A stretch of DNA of 22,731 bases. Source: an uncultured virus (IMG/VR IMGVR_UViG_3300028590_000010) (taxonomy: Duplodnaviria; Heunggongvirae; Uroviricota; Caudoviricetes). The stretch lies in the IMG/VR virus record IMGVR_UViG_3300028590_000010; one strand, given 5' to 3'. Under the pieces are notes generated by a model. The model was given only the letters and a program-made list of their open reading frames with translations, had not been told where the DNA came from and ran no database searches. The position numbers and the translations under genes were made by a program. Of the stretch, positions 1-6,933 are shown in pieces (position 1 is the first letter of the stretch; the number at the start of each line of letters is the position of its first letter).

Positions 1-940
1 GCTTGTCCGCCGTGACGCGCTCGGGCTTGGTCAGCTCGTAGTACGCCATGCCGACCCGGTAGGGCGGGTAGGCGGCGTCCACGAACGGCTTGATCTCCAC
101 GTGCCACGCCCGGTCCGGGACGGGACGCTTCTTCGTGGGCCGGTTGACGTCCTTCTCGAAGAAGATGGACTCCGTACCCCGCGTCTTGGCGACGAGCACG
201 ATCTTCCGGTCGGCGGTCGGCAGCGGCGTGAGCTTGGCCGCCTTGATGGCCGAGGCGTCCACGTTCTCGCCGACCACGAAGGCGCTCTTGGTGCCCCGCA
301 GACCGGTCCGGGTACGGGTGTCGACGTAGGTGGTGTGCGCCGTCTTGATCCGCTCGACGGCCTGCTCCAGACCGGCCTCAGTCGAGGCGTCCCACAGGGC
401 GACGTTGCCCTTGGCGAAGCCGAAGCCGTACATGTGCTGGGCGGAACGCTCGTCCGGGGCGAGTGCCAGCATGGTGATGTTGTCGGCAAGCCCGTCGAGC
501 CGCTTGGTCAGCTCCTCCTGGTGCACGCTCAGCGGCACGCGGCCGAAGCCGCCTGTCCGGCCGCGCCGCCCCCGGCTGACGTTCTCCTCGCCGTCGGTGA
601 GGATGTACGCCATGAAGTCGTGCTTGCCGTACTGCTCCGGCACCGTGGCGAAGTCGTCGATGACCTGGTGAACGGCGTCGGCCAGCGCCGTGCTGCTCTT
701 GATCTGGTACAGCCCCTTCATGCTGGGCAGACGGAAGACGTCCATGTCCCAGATGTGACACTCGACCTCGTTGGAGAACGAGTAGACGGTGATGCGGGTC
801 TCCTCGTTGTCGTCCTTGGACTTCTTCGCGAGGAACTGCACCAGGTCGTCGGTCACCTTGACGACCTTGTCGGCCAGCCTTCTCATCGAGTAACTGGCAT
901 CAAGCGCCAGAGCTATGTGGTTGATGTAATTCTGCTTCAC
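1..940 (-). CDS. von Willebrand factor A (vWA) domain protein; C-terminus runs off the window
   Basis: Not in the ORF track; translated by hand from GTG 940 (RBS GAAGGAGAG): MKQNYINHIALALDASYSMRR...ITVYSFS...STALADAV...AYILTDGEENVS...GMAYYELTKPERVTADK. MIDAS DxSxS, T and TDGxEN motifs present; open to position 1. Confidence 0.9.
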   Translation of the reverse strand, partial: MKQNYINHIALALDASYSMRRLADKVVKVTDDLVQFLAKKSKDDNEETRITVYSFSNEVECHIWDMDVFRLPSMKGLYQIKSSTALADAVHQVIDDFATVPEQYGKHDFMAYILTDGEENVSRGRRGRTGGFGRVPLSVHQEELTKRLDGLADNITMLALAPDERSAQHMYGFGFAKGNVALWDASTEAGLEQAVERIKTAHTTYVDTRTRTGLRGTKSAFVVGENVDASAIKAAKLTPLPTADRKIVLVAKTRGTESIFFEKDVNRPTKKRPVPDRAWHVEIKPFVDAAYPPYRVGMAYYELTKPERVTADK

Positions 941-1014
941 GTCTCTCCTTCGCCTGTCTGTCGGTCATGAATTCTCGCACCCACAGCCGGAAAAATCACC
1001 CTCGCTACCGTGAT

Positions 1015-1260
1015 TCAAAACCACCCGAAGAGGCCGAGGCACACACAGATGAACCCCGCCGCCCCGAAGACGAATCCGACCAGACCGAGCAGTAGCACAA
1101 GGCACCCGTCGGCGCTCTCGAAGGACTTGCTGAACTTGCTGGCCGTGTAGCAGAAACCGGCCGCTACGAGGACCAGGAAAAGGCCGGTCCCCAAGGGATA
1201 AAACCACGGCGTTGTGTGAAGGGCACCAATAAGACCCTTAGCCGCGTGAGTAACTCTCAC
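1015..1260 (-). CDS. Small two-TM membrane protein
   Basis: GTG 1260 after GAGAAGG; hydrophobic segments LGTGLFLVLVAAGFCY and CLVLLLGLVGFVFGAAGFICVCLGLFGWF; lower GC than neighbours. Confidence 0.65.
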   Translation of the reverse strand: MRVTHAAKGLIGALHTTPWFYPLGTGLFLVLVAAGFCYTASKFSKSFESADGCLVLLLGLVGFVFGAAGFICVCLGLFGWF

Positions 1261-1281
1261 AGATGTCGCCTTCTCGATATA

Positions 1282-1316
1282 CAAAACGCGCACCCGATCG
1301 GCGACGGGTGCGCGTT
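1282..1316 (-). terminator. Intrinsic terminator closing the non-coding unit
   Basis: 12-bp perfect stem AACGCGCACCCG/CGGGTGCGCGTT with 8-nt loop, running into TTTTGTAT on the minus strand. Confidence 0.8.
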
Positions 1317-1355
1317 GTCCGTCCCCTGCACCGCCAGGAGCAGAGAGAACGGTCG

Positions 1356-1444
1356 TAAGCCGGACGGGACTTGAACCCGCACACCCTTACCACAGGGCGT
1401 CCCTCCCGAGCGGCGAGGGGGGATCGACCGCTCAGGTCCGGCTC
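1356..1444 (-). ncRNA. tRNA-like RNA A (89 nt, type II-like, no canonical anticodon loop)
   Basis: Acceptor GAGCCGG/CCGGCTT plus discriminator A; T-arm GCGGG-TTCAAGT-CCCGT; variable arm ACGCCCT-GTGGTA-AGGGTGT; D-loop-like GAGCGGTCGA; no encoded CCA. Confidence 0.75.
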
Positions 1445-1547
1445 TCCAGGCCCATTTCGCACATCTTGGGCGGGCCCACCCTCAATGACCTCAAGCAATC
1501 TTCGAGGTGGTGCTGGCCCCTCGGCGGCCCCTGTCCGCGAGTGGCAG

Positions 1548-1682
1548 TCGGAGCGCCCGGACTCGAACCGGGCTCGCCGTGACGCTGACGTGGAACAGAC
1601 TGGGTCCAGAACGCAGGTTCAGAACATTGTCCACTGTCTCGGCTTTCCAGATGCCTGCCGCTGTTACCCGGCAGACGCTCCG
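1548..1682 (-). ncRNA. tRNA-like RNA B (135 nt, oversized internal arm)
   Basis: Perfect acceptor CGGAGCG/CGCTCCG plus A; T-arm CCCGG-TTCGAGT-CCGGG; D-like hairpin TCTGCCG-GGTAACAG-CGGCAGG; CTGGAAA; then an imperfect hairpin of about 70 nt. Confidence 0.75.
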
Positions 1683-1784
1683 ATGTTCCCCGCCTGCCGT
1701 GACACAGACGGGGACATCCCCACACGTGACCGTTGAGTGTTCCGTGTGGTTCCTTCGGCTCTCGTCCCCCGACGAGTTGCTCAC

Positions 1785-1815
1785 ACACTAGCAGCCGTTC
1801 GGACATACATGTCAA
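1785..1815 (-). promoter_or_regulatory. Putative sigma70/HrdB-type promoter for the tRNA-like RNA unit
   Basis: Minus strand TTGACA (1815-1810), 19-nt spacer ending TGC, then TAGTGT (1790-1785). The spacer is longer than consensus but an extended -10 TG is present. Confidence 0.55.
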
Positions 1816-1863
1816 CCAACTCGCCTACATGCCGGTTAAGTTGACACATGTACACCAGACGCC

Positions 1864-2226
1864 TCACGCCGGGCGCTTGGACTCCACGTCCTCGATCGCC
1901 AGGCGCAGGCCGGGCAGGTGCTGCGTCCAGGTGCAGACCTCGCCGAGGGTGCTGGTGAAGACCTGCCTCGACCGGCGCGGGCCGACGGCCCCTCTGCCGT
2001 TCTCGATCTTCTCGTGCCCCTCGGCCCGGCTGCCGTAGCGTCCGTTGGTGTAGCGCTGCCAGGACTCCCCGACCCTGCGGGTGTAGACCAGGTAGACCGT
2101 GTCGACCACGATCTGCCCGTCCCGGGTCAGCTTGGCCACCTCCGCCACCTGGTCGTCGGTGTAGGTCAGCACGACCTCGTACCGCTCCTCACCCGTGTGG
2201 TGGACCTGCTCCTGCGTGGGCATCAT
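1864..2226 (-). CDS. Hypothetical phage protein (120 aa)
   Basis: RBS AAGGGAGA, high GC3 codon bias. Confidence 0.8.
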   Translation of the reverse strand: MMPTQEQVHHTGEERYEVVLTYTDDQVAEVAKLTRDGQIVVDTVYLVYTRRVGESWQRYTNGRYGSRAEGHEKIENGRGAVGPRRSRQVFTSTLGEVCTWTQHLPGLRLAIEDVESKRPA

Positions 2227-2252
2227 GCCCTGTCTCCCTTCATGTCACCTTC

Positions 2253-3047
2253 CTATGCCTCGAACTCCCCGAACACCTCTGGGTGCCGCATCTTCCAGAG
2301 GACCCATTCCTCGCTGACCCGCCCGGTGTGCGGGTTGGTGCGCACGAGGTCCATGACCTCGACCAGCGTCTTGGGGCGATGCGCACGCGTCCGCCTCTCC
2401 GGCGGCGGCGGGTACAGAGACCTCCCCGAACGCAGCCGCGTCCGGTAGCCCCAGTCCCGGGCTGCGTACTTGTGCAGCACCACCGTGTTGTAGCCGGGGA
2501 ACCAGTCGAACGGATGGTGGGCTATGCCCGCCTCCCGCATCAGCATCTCCCAGTCCCGGCGGGTCTCCGCGATGAAGGACTGGATCGCCCGCACGTCGGC
2601 TTCCGCAGGACGTCGTGGGCTCGCCTTGTCGAACGCCACGAAGTAGCCCCACATCGGCTCGTTCGATGTGACGGGGATTCTCCGCGCCGTCAGAGGGTCG
2701 CTCCTGTCCGCGTCGAACTGCCATCGCGCCACCTGGTCCTCCCTCCTCTTTTTCTTGATGTCCTCTTCCGTGATCCAGCCCGCCATCACAGCCAGACCGA
2801 CGGCCTGCGCAACGGTAGCGACCCCCATGCGCCGAAGCGCCATCGACCGCTGAGTTTTCACCGTGTCAACCGAAAGGTCCAGCCGCCGGGCGGTCTGCTC
2901 CACCATCTCCCCGCGCGCCGCTCCGATGAGCGCCTTGTGCTCGGCATCGGAGATGATGCGGGGGAACCGAGCCAGCGATACGTGAGGGTCGTGCAGGAGT
3001 TCCCTGCGACGACGGACCGTTTCGCTGTTCAACAATTCCTTGCCCAT
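2253..3047 (-). CDS. LuxR/GerE-type HTH protein with unknown C-terminal domain
   Basis: ATG 3047 after AGGAGAGG; ISDAEHKALIGAARGEMVEQTARRLDLSVDTVKTQRSMALRRMGV...AQAVGLAVMAGWI fits the LuxR HTH pattern. Confidence 0.85.
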   Translation of the reverse strand: MGKELLNSETVRRRRELLHDPHVSLARFPRIISDAEHKALIGAARGEMVEQTARRLDLSVDTVKTQRSMALRRMGVATVAQAVGLAVMAGWITEEDIKKKRREDQVARWQFDADRSDPLTARRIPVTSNEPMWGYFVAFDKASPRRPAEADVRAIQSFIAETRRDWEMLMREAGIAHHPFDWFPGYNTVVLHKYAARDWGYRTRLRSGRSLYPPPPERRTRAHRPKTLVEVMDLVRTNPHTGRVSEEWVLWKMRHPEVFGEFEA

Positions 3048-3063
3048 GGCCCCTCTCCTCCGG

Positions 3064-3240
3064 CTACCCGCCCACGCTCCGCCAGGCAGCGACCTGATGG
3101 ATACGCTCGGCACGGATAGCTTCGTACGACCTGCCCTCCCACGGAGCGCACAGCGCACAGCCTGTGCACATGGTGATCACCATGTGCGTGACCGGGTCCT
3201 CCCAGTCGCCGTACTCCATGCCGTAGACGTCGTCGATCAC
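3064..3240 (-). CDS. Small Cys-containing protein (58 aa)
   Basis: GTG 3240 overlaps the upstream stop (GTGA); contains CTGCALC. Confidence 0.65.
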   Translation of the reverse strand: MIDDVYGMEYGDWEDPVTHMVITMCTGCALCAPWEGRSYEAIRAERIHQVAAWRSVGG

Positions 3241-3455
3241 GTCAGCCTGTCCACGGTCAGCGGGTCGGGACGCACCTCGGCGGGCGATGCCCACGACCCG
3301 CCCCGGGCGAACACGCCGGGGGTCAGCTCGGCCCCGACGTGGTACCGGGTACCGGCCTGGTTGTAGCCGACGATCTGCGCCCGGTACGCCGGGCCACGGA
3401 CCTGACTGTCGGGGGTCACGAGGACCACCGTCTTCGCGGGAAGCATGTCACTCAC
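3237..3455 (-). CDS. Hypothetical protein (72 aa)
   Basis: RBS AGAAGGAGA, GTG start, high GC3. Confidence 0.75.
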   Translation of the reverse strand: MSDMLPAKTVVLVTPDSQVRGPAYRAQIVGYNQAGTRYHVGAELTPGVFARGGSWASPAEVRPDPLTVDRLT

Positions 3456-3476
3456 GCTTGTCTCCTTCTGCGCTGT

Positions 3477-4901
3477 TCAGTTGAACCAGTCGACGATCAC
3501 TGCGGCTTCCTTCGCTCGCGTGATCGCCGTGTACATCCACTGGCGGTACATCTGCGGGTGGGGGCGCTGGTCCACCACTATGATCTTGGAGAACTCCGAG
3601 CCCTGCGCCTTGTGCGCGGTCAGCGCATACGCATAATCCCACGGATGTGAGTGCCTGGGGCGCTCCGGGGAGTTGAACGGCAGATCCCGCTCCGCCCCGA
3701 ACTGAGCGGTGGGGCACGCGCCCACGTAGATGTGGACCGGAGCGTCCGGCTTCGCCAGCGGGTGATCGTCGAGCTTGACCACCATCTCCGTCACGATCCC
3801 GCGATGCTTGACGTACGTCACCTCGCCGGTCATCCCGTTGTGGGCGGTGACCATCTGACCGAGGAGCCGGAACTTCGTGCCGTCGTCGGTCATCTCGACC
3901 ACGTCGACCGGGTACGCCTGCCCGCCGAGTGCGACCACCCGGTCACCTTCCCGCACCGGGCCCTCACCGTGGTACGCACGGTTGAACTCGGCACGCAGGG
4001 CGTTGGTGTAGACGATCAGTGCGCCGTCCACCCCGGGGTCGTCGCGCTTCACCAGCCTCTCGAACCGCTTCAGCAGGTCGGGGAAACCGGGGTCGCTCCG
4101 CCTCATCAGCACGGTGTCCGGCTTGGGACTGCCGTACGCCGGGCGCAGCAGCCTGCCCTTCATGCGCACCTCGTAGGCGGCCTGGAGGATTCCGGAGTCG
4201 GCACCCTGCCGGTGAATCTCCGTCAGCTCGTCGTCCGGGTTCATCGTCCAGGGGTTCATCGGGTCCTTGATCGGGGGCAGTTGGCCCCGGTCGCCGACCA
4301 GCAGCACAGGAACCCCGTACTTGCGGATGTCCTCGACGTGCTCCTTCGAGAGCATCGACGACTCGTCGATGATCACGATGTCCCGGTGCCCACCGAGGTG
4401 CTTGCGCCGTTCGCTCTTCAGCTCCTGTGTCACCTGACAGTTGTGCGGTGCGCCGGTACCGCAGGGCAGGAAGGACATCGGGCACTCGCACGCGTCGGGC
4501 ATGCCGCACGCGCACTTGTCCTTGAGAGCGGAGACGAAGTGGTTGGTGATCGAGCACCGGTACACCGGCATCATCTGGTAGACGAGCGAGTGGTAGGTGC
4601 GTACCCTCTCGGCCTGCTTGCCTCCGAGTTTCCTGCGGAGGACGTTCGCCGCCTTGTGTGTGGGCGTTCCGAAGACCGCTTCGCCTTCGATCTCAAGGTC
4701 GAGCTGCTTCATCAGGGTGGTCTTTCCGGTGCCCGCCAGTCCGCCGAGCGCGCGGATCGGGGCGATGCCCTGTCCGTGCGTGTGCGGAAAGGGAGGGCAG
4801 TCGGACCCGCCGTGGCAGTGCACCCAGTTCCTCGGCTGCCGGTTGTACCAGTCGCGGATCTGTTCGAGCGCCCTGGCCTGACCCGGGCTGAGCACTGTCA
4901 T
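3477..4901 (-). CDS. RecD/Dda-like SF1B ATP-dependent DNA helicase
   Basis: Walker A GLAGTGKT, Ia PTHKAA, Walker B IIIDESSM, III VGDRGQLPPI, IV LTEIHRQ, V YALTAHKAQGSEF, VI YTAITRAK. Confidence 0.93.
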   Translation of the reverse strand: MTVLSPGQARALEQIRDWYNRQPRNWVHCHGGSDCPPFPHTHGQGIAPIRALGGLAGTGKTTLMKQLDLEIEGEAVFGTPTHKAANVLRRKLGGKQAERVRTYHSLVYQMMPVYRCSITNHFVSALKDKCACGMPDACECPMSFLPCGTGAPHNCQVTQELKSERRKHLGGHRDIVIIDESSMLSKEHVEDIRKYGVPVLLVGDRGQLPPIKDPMNPWTMNPDDELTEIHRQGADSGILQAAYEVRMKGRLLRPAYGSPKPDTVLMRRSDPGFPDLLKRFERLVKRDDPGVDGALIVYTNALRAEFNRAYHGEGPVREGDRVVALGGQAYPVDVVEMTDDGTKFRLLGQMVTAHNGMTGEVTYVKHRGIVTEMVVKLDDHPLAKPDAPVHIYVGACPTAQFGAERDLPFNSPERPRHSHPWDYAYALTAHKAQGSEFSKIIVVDQRPHPQMYRQWMYTAITRAKEAAVIVDWFN

Positions 4902-4927
4902 GTCACTGTCTCCTTCTTCTTACGCGA

Positions 4928-4956
4928 CCGCCGCCGGGCATGGAACCCGGCGGCGG
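4928..4956. terminator. GC-rich intergenic stem-loop
   Basis: 11-bp perfect stem CCGCCGCCGGG/CCCGGCGGCGG, 7-nt loop, no U-tract. Confidence 0.55.
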
Positions 4957-4972
4957 CCCGATCACTCTACCC

Positions 4973-5284
4973 TCACGGCCGGACGTACTTGCCGTCCGAC
5001 TTGCGCACCATGATCTTGGTGCCGGGAACGTTGTCGTAGGGGTCCATGGCCTCGGCGGCGCGGCGCAGCATCCTCGCCCCGTGCACTTCCCACTTGTACA
5101 CCTCGCCGTGCAGGTGTCCGTACTCGTCCTCGATCTGCCGCGCCCGTTCCCGTAACGCCTCGGCTTCGGCGTGAACGCGGTCCTCGATCGCCTGGTTGAG
5201 CCTGTCGTCGAACTCGTCGCACTTCGGGCCGCCTCCGACTTCTGGACAGAAGGCGGTGTGCATTCGCTCTCGTGCCGTGGCCAT
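4973..5284 (-). CDS. Hypothetical protein (103 aa)
   Basis: RBS AGAGGAGA, high GC3. Confidence 0.8.
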   Translation of the reverse strand: MATARERMHTAFCPEVGGGPKCDEFDDRLNQAIEDRVHAEAEALRERARQIEDEYGHLHGEVYKWEVHGARMLRRAAEAMDPYDNVPGTKIMVRKSDGKYVRP

Positions 5285-5300
5285 GTCGCTGTCTCCTCTG

Positions 5301-5465
5301 CTACTTCCTCCGCCTGCGGCGGCGGGCCCGGTGCTTGCGGGCCGTCACCTCAACTGTCCGCCTGGTGTTGATGTATGTCACCTGCTCCTGGTAGAGACGC
5401 AGCATCTCCACCACCATGGAATCCTTGAGGAACTCCTCCAAGGTGGACCACCCGTCGTCCCTCAC
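5301..5465 (-). CDS. Small protein with Arg-rich tail (54 aa), not in ORF track
   Basis: GTGA overlap; MRDDGWSTLEEFLKDSMVVEMLRLYQEQVTYINTRRTVEVTARKHRARRRRRRK; fills the gap between neighbours. Confidence 0.75.
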   Translation of the reverse strand: MRDDGWSTLEEFLKDSMVVEMLRLYQEQVTYINTRRTVEVTARKHRARRRRRRK

Positions 5466-5713
5466 GGCCTTCGCCTCCGCTTCCTGGCCTGGTGCTTACG
5501 CGCCGTCACCTCGACGTACCGGCGACTGAAGCCGACGGCCACCCGCCACTCGGGGCTCTTCCTCATGACCTGCCGCTGCTTGCGGTCGTACATCCGGCGG
5601 AACTTCGGCGTCATCTGGTCGCGGAGTTCACGACCTCGACGCCAGATCCAGTGCCCCGTCTTGGGGTCCTCGACGAACAGGGCATCGAGGTAGTCGTCCC
5701 AGTTATCGATCAC
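5462..5713 (-). CDS. Basic protein with Arg-rich tail (83 aa)
   Basis: GTGA overlaps at both ends; ends RRYVEVTARKHQARKRRRRP. Confidence 0.8.
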   Translation of the reverse strand: MIDNWDDYLDALFVEDPKTGHWIWRRGRELRDQMTPKFRRMYDRKQRQVMRKSPEWRVAVGFSRRYVEVTARKHQARKRRRRP

Positions 5714-6165
5714 TCGCCCTCCGGCTTGACCTCGATGTCCAGGTCGAACGACCGCTCGTCGACCTCCAGGGCCAGCGAGACGAAGTCCCGCGCCATGATC
5801 TCGATGTGCTGCTCGCCCTCTTCGCGCAGCGCCTGCGTCACGTTGGACACAGTGGGCGGGAGGCCGTCGATGGTGACGACCCAGAACTTGTCGCCCTCGG
5901 GGACGGCGGTGACCTTGTACCGCTTGCGGGTCAGGACGTTCTTGACGAACTCCGTGGCGAGCGCGATGTGCCGGGCCCTCAGCTCCGCACCCTCCTTCTC
6001 CCGGAGGTACGGCTGCTTCGCGTTGAACAGACCGATCTCGTTGGAGCCTTCAGTGCCCGGCGCGTAGCCGATGCGCAGGCCGTCGGTGAAGGTGATGAAT
6101 CCGTACGGGCACTCGGCGGTGCCCCGGTTCCTGAAGCCCTCGACTTCCAGCTTGGTGATGGCCAT
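5710..6165 (-). CDS. Two-domain protein with C-terminal HicB-like (partial RNase H fold) domain
   Basis: ATG 6165 after GAGGAG; YKVTAVPEGDKFWVVTIDGLP...VTQA...IEIMARDFVSLALEVDERSFDLDI resembles actinobacterial HicB N-terminal domains. Confidence 0.65.
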   Translation of the reverse strand: MAITKLEVEGFRNRGTAECPYGFITFTDGLRIGYAPGTEGSNEIGLFNAKQPYLREKEGAELRARHIALATEFVKNVLTRKRYKVTAVPEGDKFWVVTIDGLPPTVSNVTQALREEGEQHIEIMARDFVSLALEVDERSFDLDIEVKPEGE

Positions 6166-6167
6166 GA

Positions 6168-6515
6168 TCACTTCTCCTCGGTCTTCACGTCGAGTACGCA
6201 CGTCGGCACCGGGTCCCACGTAGCCGTTCCCTGCGGCCGGTAGTGCTCGGCCGCCCTGGTGAGCCAGCCCGGAAACTGATCCGGCCTGGAGTACAGCACC
6301 TCGTCCTCCTTCAGGCCGACAGTCCCGTCCTGCCTGAGCCGGTACCCGCTGACCAGCGCCGACCAGGCCACCCACCGGTCCAGTTCGACGGTGTAGCTGA
6401 TGGTGATACGGGTGATCACCATGTCCCTGTCGTGGGCCGACCTGATAACGATGCCGTCGTCCACCCGGACCGACACCGTGCGCTCCGTCTGCGCATCCAT
6501 CATGGTCAGTTCCAT
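6168..6515 (-). CDS. Hypothetical protein (115 aa)
   Basis: RBS GAAGGAG, TGAC-ATG junction, high GC3. Confidence 0.8.
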   Translation of the reverse strand: MELTMMDAQTERTVSVRVDDGIVIRSAHDRDMVITRITISYTVELDRWVAWSALVSGYRLRQDGTVGLKEDEVLYSRPDQFPGWLTRAAEHYRPQGTATWDPVPTCVLDVKTEEK

Positions 6516-6516
6516 G

Positions 6517-6693
6517 TCACTCCTTCCCGTCGTCTTCGAGCTGCTCGGCGACGTGGTTCAACAGGTCGTCGAGACCGGGCGGCCGAGCGGGGCGCACCTC
6601 GTGTACACACTCGCCGGCCTGTGTGTCACAGACCGTGCCGCCCTGGACCTCGCGCAGGCAGTAGCCCATCACGGTGGCCCGACACTCCTTCAT
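6517..6693 (-). CDS. Small four-Cys protein (58 aa)
   Basis: TGATG overlap, RBS AAGGAGAAGG; MKECRATVMGYCLREVQGGTVCDTQAGECVH. Confidence 0.7.
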   Translation of the reverse strand: MKECRATVMGYCLREVQGGTVCDTQAGECVHEVRPARPPGLDDLLNHVAEQLEDDGKE

Positions 6694-6932
6694 CAGCCCT
6701 TCTCCTTCCGCCGGTAGATCAGGATCAATCCCGGGATGGTTATCGGCCACCCCACGATGACGATGGCCATCGGTACAGCGAAGAGTTCGGGGGCGAACTG
6801 CAACCCCACACGCACGAAGTCCGGCAGATCCGGGTCGTGCAACACCCAGTGCGGCACGGCGTGGGCCAGAAGACCCACGCCGAGCAGCCACCCGAGCACC
6901 ATGGCCATGAAGACCAGGTCGAGAAAGGACAC
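6693..6932 (-). CDS. Two-TM membrane protein (79 aa)
   Basis: GTG 6932 one base after the upstream stop; two hydrophobic stretches and a basic tail. Confidence 0.75.
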   Translation of the reverse strand: MSFLDLVFMAMVLGWLLGVGLLAHAVPHWVLHDPDLPDFVRVGLQFAPELFAVPMAIVIVGWPITIPGLILIYRRKEKG

Positions 6933-6933
6933 G

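Noticed and set aside
1356..1580. attP/attR tRNA 3' fragments
   Set aside because: Each T-arm has its own matching 5' acceptor strand upstream, and no integrase is in the window.
1356..1682. Canonical tRNA genes, tmRNA, or YrlA Y RNA
   Set aside because: No proper anticodon arm; no G3-U70 Ala acceptor or tag ORF; acceptor stems are formed by the 5' and 3' ends rather than permuted as in YrlA; no TROVE protein seen.
1238..1815. ORFs across the non-coding unit (1238-1498, 1432-1815, 1491-1784, 1371-1736)
   Set aside because: No RBS, weaker GC3 than real genes here, and they overlap strong RNA structure, the promoter and the terminator. 1491-1784 cannot be fully excluded.
1864..6515. Possible distant paralogy between 1864-2226 and 6168-6515
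   Set aside because: Only a vague shared pattern (YT...W...G.VG...RP); not supportable without a profile comparison.
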